From: Amphiscolops sp. MND2022
Lineage: Eukaryota
Reading direction: 5' to 3'
Length of the DNA: 64,000 bases
Assembly: GCA_964187785.1 (NCBI GenBank)
Contig: OZ076409.1
Coordinates: forward strand, 12,030,001-12,094,000
Of the stretch, positions 14,528 through 26,706 are shown in pieces. Made by a program: the position numbers and the translations under genes. The notes beneath the pieces are model-generated. The model did not search any database and was not told where the DNA came from. It saw only the letters and a list, made by a program, of their open reading frames with translations. The stretch's first letter is position 1, and each line of letters opens with the position of its first letter.

Positions 14528-15065
14528 CCTCGACAGTACACCGAGAAGTCAAACAATTGACAAAATTTTGGCAATTTTTTTTCAAAGCTTCATTTCTCCA
14601 CAAATAATAGCCGCAGCTCCAATCGGTTTTCTGTTCCTGAAAGCACTTTACCTGAGCTTTCAAATGCGCACTAATTAGGTAGCTGCGCCGGGCCTTTCAA
14701 ATATCGGCTGAACTCATAACTGAAGCTTCATTGAAAAAAAATTCTATATGCGTTTTCAATGGTGGCAAACTGTGTTACTAGAGTGGGACAGTAATTTAGC
14801 AAATAGTTGCTGTAATTGAGAAAAAAAAACGAATTTTCTGAAATGTACTTTTTTGCAATTTTTCACTTTTTTCAGTTACTTCTTTGCCAGTGGCTCGGAA
14901 AAAAATTTATATTGACACAAATAACAATTCACACCAGATAGTCCAATAGATTGTCGATAAGAAAAACAATTTTTCGTTTTCCTCTATGCTTTTTGCGTGT
15001 CGTAATTTATTATTGATTGCGAAAAAAATCGCTCTCCTCATTTGAGGACGAAATCACTGTCGAGG
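14528..15065. mobile_element. piggyBac-like MITE
   Basis: TTAA|CCTCGACAGT ... ACTGTCGAGG|TTAA: 10-bp perfect TIR with a TTAA target duplication; no ORF. Confidence 0.75.
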
Positions 15066-15107
15066 TTAAATTCAGAGCGTACTTGTTGAAAAGTTTTAAT
15101 AACCTCG

Positions 15108-18100
15108 TTTTTAGTCGGTGTTTTTCTTAAGAAAAAAGCCCGACTATTACAGTCACTCGTTTTTTTGAGGCTTCGAGCGAGCGAAGCGAAGCGACGAAGT
15201 CTCTATTGTTCCGCGTTTACTAGCGTTTTGGTTTTTTTTTCGCGTGACATACCCTCTGCATTTGTATTAATTGAAGGCTATTTTCTCAGAGCCTATTTTT
15301 CCGCGACCATCCAAACTTTCCAAAAAGAAACGCAACTTGATGCTCTTTCTAACCGTGTAAAAACTTTCCGAAAATTTTCCACCGGCGCGATTTTATTAGC
15401 TTCGAAAGCGCGAAATTTTCGAAAATTTTTAGGGTTTTTGTCGATTTTGCTATTTTTCTTTTCGCAAACCACAGCGAATTGGCCCGATGTAGGTACTAAC
15501 CGACGTAAAACGATGTTTTCTTTAATTTGGTGAAAGTTTTTTTATCCTAGAATTATTGGGCTTTGCGAAAATGACCATTAAAAATAGGAAAAATTTTCGG
15601 TTTTTTTGCGTAAAAAATTTCTCAACCTATTTTCAAGTAGCAATCAGTTCTAATCCAAGCAGTGGTGTTTCTACTCGATAACAGGTCTGCTTAGCTGCCC
15701 AAAGTTAGAAATTGGAAAGTCACAACGTTTACGTCGGACAGATAGAGACAAAAAAGTTTTCAAATTTTTTGAATTTTTGATAAATTGCTCTCTTTATTCA
15801 ATTTTGTAAAAGTTTTGGCCTATTTTCTCGGAGTCTAATACTTCGAGACCATCCAAAAAGTCAACAAATTGTTGGAACTGAATTTGTTGGTGAAGATTTA
15901 AATGTTGTTGGATTTTCGGGCAGTGAGAAAATAGCGATTCAATATCGAAAATTTTTTTGGATAATTTTTTTCGAAAATTTTGGAGCTTTCACTAATTTTG
16001 CTCATTTCTACATTACAAACAACGTCGACCCGGCATAAAATACGTCCTATCCGACTTCTTTCACATGTTTAAAGTTTCAATGTGCTACATTTTTGGTGGT
16101 TGAGCAAATGGCGATTGAAATTCTGAAAATTTACGTTTTTTCCCAATTTTTTCCAAGCTTTTTTCTGTTAATAGTTCTGTTCATTTTTGATTTTTTGGCC
16201 GTTTTCTCACAAGGGATTGCTTCAAGACGATTCGAAAAACAGCAATATTTTGTTCTTTAGCAGTTTTTCCAGAAATTTTTGGCCGGTGCGTATTTATAAC
16301 GAAATACGAAAACCGCAAATTTTTATTTTTTTTGCAGACTTTGCTCTTTTCCTGTAATCAAACCACTTGGAACCGCGGCAGTGTAGGAACTGACCGTCAT
16401 TCAGGACTATGATATTAGCCTGGATAAAAGAATTCATTGATACGCGAATTTGCCGTCGAAAAAACTGCGATTGAAAATTCTTCCGGAAATAGTTTATGAG
16501 CCGATTTTTACTAGTTATCGGTTCAATGGGATCTCATATCATTTCCGCTCAAACCATATAGTCCTAAGACTGTAGGCGAAAAGCTCGAAGCAATTAGATG
16601 CATGCGGAAAGTACTCGAATAGACGAGATAAATGCGCTGTAGAACGTCTTTCTACGCAAATTTGGGTTTTTTCTCAAACAATTAAACTTCATACATTAAA
16701 GGTCGTTCGTGGTGCGGGCCTTCTGATTCTTTTCGAGTAATACTCGGATCGCAATCAGTAAAACGAGAAAACCACCCACAGGTCGTTAAAGGTGCGGGCC
16801 TACTATTCTGTGAGGAATAGTGAAACGAGAAAACCGGTTTATGAGCACATTACGAGGTAACGTCCAAAATTAGCATTTGGTTCGACTGTTATTAGATTAT
16901 CTCTTATTCAAATGTTAAATCGGTTATTCAAATTCCTGTTTTTTCGTGGATTGATTAGTTATTGATGATGTGGTTTTTTGAAGCGTACAACCGCGAAATT
17001 TCCGTTCTTAACGTATTCTATCCAGTGAATATCTGCACAGAAGGTATTATGCATTACCGCAATATTCCTGAGAGATTTGATGTCATATGCAACGATTAAA
17101 TCAAGACAACACTAAGTTATATTCACACCTCGCTGTGCAATGATATTCAACCACGTTGTATTGAAAACAAAAATGATTTCGGATCTTTTCGTGATTTTGC
17201 CCCATTCGCAAATTTTAACGTTTCTGGAATACGTTTCCAACGGTGCCCACTGATGCTGGAAGGTTGTTTGATGCACAATTCAGCTAATTTTTAGAACTGA
17301 AAGTATACTTGCTAGTGATGGCACATATCAACCGTCCTATTGATAACTAGGGCAGCCCTTCCTTTTATATAGTGGTAAAGGCCGAAAAAGTTGAGCTTCA
17401 TAGGATTAATACCCGCAATTCTTTTCAATTTCATTGTATTTTGAGCATTCTCGTGCCGTATATAACCTTAGCTATTCGTCATAGCTAATAACTTGGTAAT
17501 ATGGTTCAAATGCACATGATGATAGTCAATTATGGCTGCGGGACCTGTCGCTCGAAGCCGTGCGCAAATTCCTTTGCGCCTATGTTTTTTTTTCGCGTGA
17601 CATACCCTCTGCATTTGTATTAATTGAAGGCTATTTTCTCAGAGCCTATTTTTCCGCGACCATCCAAACTTTCCAAAAAGAAACGCAACTTGATGCTCTT
17701 TCTAACCGTGTAAAAACTTTCCGAAAATTTTCCACCGGCGCGATTTTATTAGCTTCGAAAGCGCGAAATTTTCGAAAATTTTTAGGGTTTTTGTCGATTT
17801 TGCTATTTTTCTTTTCGCAAACCACAGCGAATTGGCCCGATGTAGGTACTAACCGACGTAAAACGATGTTTTCTTTAATTTGGTGAAAGTTTTTTTATCC
17901 TAGAATTATTGGGCTTTGCGAAAATGACCATTAAAAATAGGAAAAATTTTCGGTTTTTTTGCGTAAAAAATTTCTCAACCTATTTTCAAGTAGCAATCAG
18001 TTCTAATCCAAGCAGTGGTGTTTCTACTCGATAACAGGTCTGCTTAGCTGCCCAAAGTTAGAAATTGGAAAGTCACAACGTTTACGTCGGACAGATGGAG

Positions 18101-19833
18101 ACAAAAAAGTTTTCAAATTTTTTGAATTTTTGATAAATTGCTCTCTTTATTCAATTTTGTAAAAGTTTTGGCCTATTTTCTCGGAGCCTAATACTTCGAG
18201 ACCATCCAAAAACTCAACAAATTGTTGGAACTGAATTTGTTGGTGAAGATTTAAATGTTGTTGGATTTTCGGGCAGTTCATTGTATATTATACAAATTGT
18301 GCTTTACTACGAATCTTGAAATAAATGAATATTTGATCCTTCAATTTTTAAATATACATTTTCCAAACTAATCTTAGGAAGGAGTGAAATAGACGAAGTT
18401 ACCGGATCGGTCTTGTAAAAATGCATAGATTGCGGTATGATTACCCCTAGTAACCCTCCTACTGTCTTATTGCACGGCTGTTGTTAAAAATGCTGACTTC
18501 ATCCTTGGAAGGTTTTTATTTATTTATACTGCTAGTAGAAAATGTAAAAATGCTCGAAGACCTATCGGCAATGTACATTGAATCATATACTCCATAATTG
18601 CTCATTGATTTGCTTTGTCTCATGCCTGTAAAATTTTCGGTGAATAGTTTTTTTGTCCATTTTTGATGTCGGAAACCAAAGTTTTTTTCAGACCTCTCGA
18701 TGTATGGGTTTTCGAGAGTGAGATCATATTGGACCACTGGAGTACATACTCACCGTTAGTTATTGATGATGTGGTTGTTTGAAGCGTAAAACCGCGAAAT
18801 TTCCGTTCTTAACGTATTCTATCCAGTGAATATCTGCACAGAAGGTATTATGCATTACCGCAATATTCCTGAGAGATTTGATGTCATATGCAACGATTAA
18901 ATCAAGACAACACTAAGTTATATTCACACCTCGCTGTGCAATGATATTCAACTACGTTGTATTGAAAACAAAAATGATTTCGGATCTTTCCGTGATTTTG
19001 CCCCATTCGCAAATTTTAACAGGTTATTCATCCTCTGGAATACGTTTCCAACGGTGCCCACTGATGCTGGAAGGTTGTTTGATGCACAATTCAGCTAATT
19101 TTTAGAACTGAAAGTATACTTGCTAGTGATGGCACATATCAACCGTCCTATTGATAACTAGGGCAGCCCTTCCTTTTATATAGTGGTAAAGGCCGAAAAA
19201 GTTAAGCTTCATAGGATTAATACCCGCAATTCTTTTCAATTTCATTGTATTTTGAGCATTCTCGTGCCGTATATAACCTTAGCTATTCGTCATAGCTAAT
19301 AACTTGGTAATATGGTTCAAATGCACATGATGATAGTCAATTATGGCTGCGGGACCTGTCGCTCGAAGCCGTGCGCAAATTCCTTTGCGCCTATGTTTTT
19401 ATTTAAGACAGACTCGAAGCGACGAACGTTAAAATTAACGTTCAACTACTAAATAAGTACTAAACTACTGGACCGCTAAAGGCAAACGGGGAGCGCATTC
19501 ATTTACTTTTTAAACGTTACATACAAGCCCGGACGGGACTAAAGTTTTAACCCCCCCCCCCCCCCCTTTCGATTTTTTTTCGGCGCTGTGACACTTTTTT
19601 TCGAAATTTTTTTAATGTCCCCAAAGGGTACCCCCTTTGAGTTTTTTGTTATTTTGCTACAGAATGCGTGTTTATAAATCAAAAAGGGTCCCCCTTTTTA
19701 CATTTTTCGGCACTGTGCGACATTTTCCGAAAGAATTTTTTTTCGAAAATTTCAAGTTTTTTTTCCAAAAAAAAATGTTTTGCGCTTTTTGAGCCTTAGA
19801 TATAGCGCCGACTTGAGACGTTCCCGTCTTGTT
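15108..19833 (+). mobile_element. HINE family 1 copy interrupted by a 4.2-kb HINE family 2 composite
   Basis: 5' end TTTTTAGTCGGTG...GCCCGACT at 15108-15145. Body resumes at about 19396 and ends AGCGCCGACTTGAGACGTTCCCGTCTTGTT at 19833. Confidence 0.75.
15167..19395 (+). mobile_element. HINE family 2 composite: one 5' end, two bodies, two 3' ends
   Basis: SubTIR GGCTTCGAGCGA (15169-15180) versus TCGCTCGAAGCC (17548-17559 and 19359-19370), each 3' copy followed by the stem-loop GCGCAAA-TTCC-TTTGCGC. Near-identical blocks 15232-15924 = 17585-18277 and 16955-17584 = 18756-19395. Confidence 0.8.
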
Positions 19834-21487
19834 AGGCAATTCGTGAGTTGCCGCTAAAGTGAATCGCTAACCGAATCGCTGAAAAATTGTCCTTTTCACT
19901 GAACCTATAACGCTGCTTCTACCTTTTGAAAGAGCCTCGAAGTGGGAAATTGTCGAAAAATATTGTCATTAAAAAAGTAGAAAAGTTGTACAAAAAATGA
20001 CGCATACTTGGTTGCAAACTCCAGTTGGTTGCAAATGTTTAGCAGTGGTCTGCGAGCGATGACATAGCTTTGTTTGAAAATACTTTTCAATTCAATGTTT
20101 AGCCTGTGGTTCAGAGAAAAAAAACCATGAGACAATCTAAATATCGCTACTCTTTCTAATAAAAAGCGCTTACTAAGTACAACGGAGGAACTAGCAATAT
20201 TTTTAGAAAACTAACACCGTGAAAATTTAATTGAATCACAACTAGAGCTCTTTTTACCATCGTGGAGACGGAAACAAAACCATAGCTTGAAAGGTCTCCA
20301 GTCTAGCAAACATCTTGGAAAATATTGGAAGAATTAGAAATTCGCGTTCAACGAACTTTGATTTTAAACTTTGAAATAAATTTGTCATCAATTGATGTGA
20401 AAAATTTAGAATCAGTTTCTTTGAAATATCAATTTGGACTTCTTCAAGTTGGAATGAACTCTGTGTGTTGGTGATTTTTTTTCGTGACCGGAATCAGTAA
20501 CATCAAAAACAACAGCGAATTTGACCTTCTTCAAAGCTTCACATTCAAAGCTTCATCTCATTAATTTCCAATAAATCTTTTGAAATTTCTCTTTGTTCTG
20601 AGGAAGTTCACATGCATCAAGGCCAACTTTGAAAAATTTAAAACAACTTATGTAAAATGTTAGGAAATCATTCTAAAAAGACAGTTATTAATGGTCATTG
20701 GTTTTTCTTTTTTTTTCAGTTTTTGTCTCCTAGAGACAAGTTAATGATTATACTTAAGTTGAGTTCATCGCTGCTTAAATAATGGATGGAAGTGTATGAT
20801 CGAACGGACATTGAATTGATTTAGAAAATTTGACATTTGGTTTTACACCTGCAAATTCTCTTCAGCACAATAGGAATCTTACTTAGACTATTGATTGTCC
20901 CAAGAATAAAAATAATATCTCTAACAGGTGTTCACGTTCGGTTATGGTAAGACAATGTGCTGTACATGAGTTACCATCAAAGAAATATTCTGTTCTTCGT
21001 TTGCTTTTAGTGTTTATACTCGCTTCAATACTCTTTTCTAGTATATGCAAACTGGAAGTAAAAAAACTTGAACCAAAATTTTTTGTTTCCCAAGATAACG
21101 AAAAATATTTTTGTCTGATTTTCTTTTTCATTCAACTATGGTTATATGAAAAATGCTTCTACTTTAAACCAATATTTTCAATCATAACTCATCGATAAAC
21201 AAATCGCAAAACTCCAACTGAATGATTCGACCAAGTTCGCCGCAAATGGTTTGGGCCGCTTCGGGCAATGGTTCCTTCAAGCGCCGAACCACATTGTATC
21301 TATATTGAAGGGATTGTCATTACTCTGATGCAACGTCACATGCAATTCCATGCATAGAACCATATGATTCCATTTGATAATTTCACACCGTTTCCATGCA
21401 TGGAATCGTAAGGAATCATTTGATTCCATTCATGGAATTGCATGGAATCATGACATAATTTATACGGTTTCTTTTAAGGTATAAATG

Positions 21488-21890
21488 AACAAGACGGGAA
21501 CGTCTAAAATCGGCGCTATATCTAAGGCTCAAAAAGCGCAAAAGACTTTTTTTGAAAAAAAAACTTGAAATTTTTGAATTTTTTTCTTTCAGAAAATGTC
21601 GCATAGTGCCGAAAAATGTAAAAGGGGGAACCCTTTGGGCTTTATTAACATATATTCTGTTGCAAAATATCAAAAAACTCGAAAGGGGGGCTCTTTTGAG
21701 ACATTAAAAAATGAAAGGGGGGAAACTTTTGCACTAATTTCCGCTGACCGGACTTGGCTTTATGGTAGTAGTTTTAGTAGTTTCGATTGTAAGAAAAGTG
21801 GCTTAATCAGAGTGAGATTGTAGTCTGACGAAAAAAAACTAGCCACTGTAAGTGTCGGGCACTTTTCCCTAGAAAAGCGCCGACTAAAAA
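21488..21890 (-). mobile_element. HINE family 1 copy
   Basis: AACAAGACGGGAACGTCTAAAATCGGCGCT ... GAAAAGCGCCGACTAAAAA. Confidence 0.8.
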
Positions 21891-22044
21891 TAAACTAGCA
21901 ATTTAATTTGGTGATTGAAAACGGAACGGTTTGCATCAACCCTCGTGAATTCAGATCCGCCGGGTGATTACAGTTTGACAACCAACATTTGCTCGAAAGT
22001 ATTTCCAATTGACACGAATATGTATATAAATTTTCACCTATCTA

Positions 22045-22476
22045 CAGTAGCTTTCTGAAATATCGCAATCTGATTGCTTAAAAGGGCAAAATTCAAAACC
22101 AAATATCTCGTAAACTGTGTCACGAATACAAAAATTTGCCAGCTACAAAAGTTTTTTTGAGAATTTTATCTAGTTTACAAAAATGTTTGTTTGAAATTTC
22201 CACGACCCATACTGAAAAAGTTGGAGAAAAGAAATTGTAAAAATTCGAATTTGAATTTGAGTTTTTTCCCGAAAATCAAGAAAAAGTGCAAGTTTGATGA
22301 ACTTTTGCAATTTTTGTCGCAGAAAATTCAAACGAATATTTTTTCAAACTACCAAAAATTCTCCGAAACTTTCCTAGCTGACAATTTTGTGTATTTGTGA
22401 CAGTTTTCACGATATTTGGATTTTAATTTTAAAGCAATTTTAAGCAATGGAGTTGCGATATTTTAGAACGCTACTC
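22045..22476. mobile_element. Tc1/mariner-like MITE with long imperfect TIRs
   Basis: TA|CAGTAGCTTTCTGAAATATCGCAA...TTGCGATATTTTAGAACGCTACT; inverted similarity extends about 100 bp. Confidence 0.5.
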
Positions 22477-24609
22477 CTTATGTTCGACCGAGATCACTGG
22501 ACGTTGAAAAATTGACACTCGGAAACGCCCGTCAAACGGAATCCGGAAAAGAAGAGTCGCCATCTTGATTTCCGCGTGTTTTTTTGCAGTTTTTGCCGGT
22601 GCTGACCTCAGAACTTTGTCTACCGACGTAATTGAATGAATAAAAACCACTCAAACCTGGATATCTCCCTAAAGGTCATTGAACTTGTCACTTACCATAA
22701 ATGGCATCTATGTTGCGTGCTTATTACGTAGTTTTATTCTTTTTTTATTACTCTATTTTCCTCAGATGCCACTCAAACGTGCAACCAACCTTTGCAGATA
22801 CCCGTTTTTTCTGACCCAATTTCCATCCTATAATTCATGTTTGATTGCTTTTTTCTCTCTTTTTGAAAAAATGGTTGTGAAACTGAACCAAGGCATGTAT
22901 ATTATGATTAAAGAAGCACCTCTATATTCATAACGTTGAGAGGTGGTCAAAGGGGTTTATATATTAATAATACTAGTTCAAGATTTCAAAGGTCTCAGTT
23001 CACAATTTGTCCTTTTTCGCTTTTGCAGACGTCAATCATGTCATTGCATTTGAAGCAGTAACGATTCATGAAACCTCTGTTGTTATGCGAACAAAAGAAA
23101 TATCAAACAAAGGGGTTGTTTCTTTGTTTACAGCCTTTTTTGCTCCAATGCCTCTTGTTGCATGACAGGCAGGGAGGGGGTTGGTTTGGGGGTGTAGAGA
23201 GAAGTGTCTTTTAAGCAGTAAGCAGCTCTTGCATTTAAATGTGACCTTTTAATTTTGCATATTTTCCATGTTGCATACATGCTCATTTGGTCCGCTTCTT
23301 TTTAAAACAGGTTTTTCACACAGTTTCAGGGAAGTACACATTGAATCAAAGGAGTTGGTGCCACGTGTGAAATCATTCGACGTGAAAAACCGAATCGCGC
23401 GAAATTGCCTTTCACTTTTTATATCCATCGTTATTTCGTTTTGAGATCTTAACAGTAGAAATCTATCAAATATTTTGAGTGTTTAAAAATTCCAATTGAT
23501 CATGGTCTAGTCCTTAGCAGTTCTTGAGAAAGAAAGTTGAAAAATTGAAGTTAGTACCTGGGCGCGGCTATATTGGATTCTAACCAAGTAAGAAGTACCA
23601 AAACCAAAAAATACTCTTTCCTTGCCGTTTTAGAAGCATTTTATTGCTCTTTTGGCAAGGAAAACGGAGTCGGTAGGCTGTAACTGTCGAAATTATATTT
23701 TGGCTGACAAATACCGGAAACAGTCGACTGCTACGAACTTCCGATTTTTAGCCGACGCTTTTCGAAGAAAAGACCCGATTATAGCAGTAGCTTTTCTCAA
23801 AACTGGTGAACTGACAGAATTTCATACGTTTCTATACGTTGTTGCTTAGTAACTTGTAACTTCTTGTCTGCAATTTCTACCACTTGGCAGAGAGGTTAAT
23901 CCGGATTTTTTGAGGTCTGAGAAGCAGAAGGACGTGGGTTCAAGTCTCGCACTTGACCAAAATTTTTAATGCTTGCAAAAAGAAAGGGTCCCTCCCACGG
24001 TTTTTTCCGGCACTATGCTACTTTTTCTGAAGGTTTCTCAACGGAAGAACCCCTTTTGATTTTTAGCAGAAACAAATTGTTTTGCGAGCAGAGACCTACC
24101 TCAGGTTTTTTCGGCTCTATCCGACTCATCAAAGCTATTTTTGCAGAAGTTTTATTGCTTAGGATCTCTGCTTAGGAAAACCGTTTCTCAAGTCTTGAGG
24201 GTGGGAACGCTGAGAGTTCTCTCAATACCTGTTGAAAAAAGCCCATTGTTTCTCCGGCACTGTACGACTTTTCTTCAAAAAAATGTTTTGACTCGTTTTG
24301 CGAATTTGAAAGGTTTCCTTTTGGGATTTTCCGCATTATGAGTTTTCCGGAAAGAAAATATTTTTCGACATTTTCCCAAAAATGGGGCTTCTGATGTTTT
24401 TCTGTACCGCAACATAAAAGAACGCAGATTTCTTTTTCCCCTCATTTCAAATTTTTCAGCAGTTTCAATTTTCGCGGAATGCATTGCCAAACTTTAAAAT
24501 ATGTTTTATTTAGGGTAACCAGTTAGAGTTTTCTAAATCTAAATTACCGGTTGAAGGTAAAGTTTAAATCATCGGTGGACTGCGATGATTCCCAACCTGA
24601 GGAAGTCTT

Positions 24610-24958
24610 GTTATTTTCCGACCCACATTTTCAATGGGGGAGGAAAATCATGATCTGTGTTGCGTTTTTTTCCCAAATTTTGCCAAAATTCCACTTTGTA
24701 CTATTCCACTTCCTACTCAGTCTCCCTACTCAGCCATACTGATACTATCCTGTATATATCCTGTACTATCCAGCTATACTATACTGATAGCCTAGTAGGC
24801 TGGAATAATATCTTGAGTAAAAATGGGAATAAGATCTAAAATCACTAAATTTTAGATCTTATTCTTTAGATCCTATTCACCTCCCAAAATAGCTATGGCT
24901 CATTGGTGAAGGCGAAAAGGGAGGAAAGTATCCCGGTGCTTAGCGGGCGTCTTGTTTT
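24610..24958 (+). mobile_element. HINE family 3 copy
   Basis: TTATTTTCCGACCCACAT...TGGGGGAGGAAAATCATGATCTGTGTTGCG ... GGAAAGTATCCCGGTGCTTAGCGGGCGTCTTGTT; homologous to 50710-50967 and 56832-57085. Confidence 0.65.
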
Positions 24959-26080
24959 TTTAACACTCGTCTTCGATTTACTGCTATACTGCGACATGAT
25001 CTGATTGGGGTACGGAAAACTCAACACAAGAAAATTCAACATGAAAACTCAAAACACTTTCACACGTTACTCTTCACTCAAATTCACTCCTGAGAAAAAA
25101 TCTCCAACTTTGGATTGTTTTGTTGACATTTCAATATATCAAAGACTGAATAAACTATACATGTACAGTAGTGATTCTAGAAGAAGCAACATAGCACGCG
25201 GAAAAAAAGCAAATAAACAAATCTCATTGGCCGATCAAGGTCTCACGCGCTCATTTCATTGGTCGAGAGCGATTTCCAAAACATCATTTATTAGTTTTTT
25301 GAATTTTTGACCGACTTACAATTTTTTGATTTCGAAATAATTTTGACAGAAAAATTCTCCCAAACATTTCGAATCTGACAATACAATTTTTTCTCGAAAG
25401 TATGCTAAATTGCATGAGTATGAGCTTGTTTTAAGTTGATAAACTTCAAAATCATATCTTAATACATGAATTTCCGGAAAAGTCTAATTTTACAGCGCAT
25501 TTTTCCTACGATTTTAAGATGATTTCTAAATCAAAACATATCAGGGGCATCAGTTAAATCAGGGGGTCAATTGAACAAAAAACATTTCAAAAATTTTGGG
25601 CAAAATTAGACCAAAAGTGAGAAAAACTTCAATTTTGACCTAAATTTTGCTAAAAATGGCCTATCGTAACTTCTACAATTTTCATCGCATAATCTTCAAA
25701 TAAACATATTTGTAAACTAGATAAAAATTTAAGAAACTTTCAATTTCATCATTTTTCAAAAATCGCTGCTGTTTTAGAGATATTCGATTTTGAGATCTGC
25801 CTTTTTTTGCTTTTAGAAATATCACTACTGTACATTCTATATAGAAAATATGAAAACAATTCTAAACTATACTATTTCTGAATTGATTCGCAATAACTAT
25901 CGACTCTGATTCAACAACAATGGAAGAAGTGCAATATTCCAACGCGGCAAACCGATTGCAATAAGATAAAGGTATATATAGAACTTCTTAATGGACAAAG
26001 TATGTATTCTAATGGAAATATATATTTTTTAATTTTTCGTTTTCTTAAGCAAAAAATCTTAGTTTCAGTAAGGAATTTCT

Positions 26081-26706
26081 TTTTTAGTCGGCGCTTCATG
26101 AAGTGAAACGCGACTATTATAGTGACTCTTTTTTTCAATACACACGAACTGACCAAAATAGTTCTTAAAAGTTCTACGAAATTTTATGGTGCCATATTGA
26201 ACCATTTGGCTTAGCGAACTGGAACTGAACCGAAAAGGTTTTTTTTTATGTTTTTCCGCGTAACATAAAGTACCAGGAGATTCTAAAGGGTCCCCCCTCT
26301 CAGATTTTTTCGGCATTGTGAGACTTTTTTTCGAAAAAAAAATTCCCAAAGGGTCCCCCCTTCAATTTTTTGATGTTCTGCAACAGAATGGATGTTGAAA
26401 AGTCTCAAAGGGTCCCCCTTTCAGTTTTTTCGGTATTGTGAGACTTGTTTTCGGGAAAAAATTTTATCATGAAATGGTCCTCTTCAATTTTTAGATGTTT
26501 TGCAATGATGGATGTTAAAATCCGAAAGGATCCCCCTTTTAGCGTCCGGGCCCCCGGCGGGCCAATTCGGCCAAACTTTATGGGTTTTTCCGGTACTGAA
26601 TACTAGTAAAGAATACTTATAAAGTAAGGAATACTTGACAGTTTGAAGTCCTTTTGCTATTTCTGAGCCTTAGATATGGCGACGAATTATGCCGTTCCCG
26701 GCTTTT
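26081..26706 (+). mobile_element. HINE family 1 copy
   Basis: TTTTTAGTCGGCGCTTCATGAAGTGAAACGCGACT 5' hairpin; internal AAAGGGTCCCCC repeats; 3' end GCCGTTCCCGGCTT. Confidence 0.75.

Noticed and set aside
15165..17886. Duplicated ORFs 15165-15533 and 17560-17886 as paralogous genes
   Set aside because: Non-ATG starts, low-complexity F/S/K composition, and both lie within the duplicated HINE family 2 body.
19880..20680. Possible hAT transposase relic (NHRLNI)
   Set aside because: A single weak motif with many stops and no termini.
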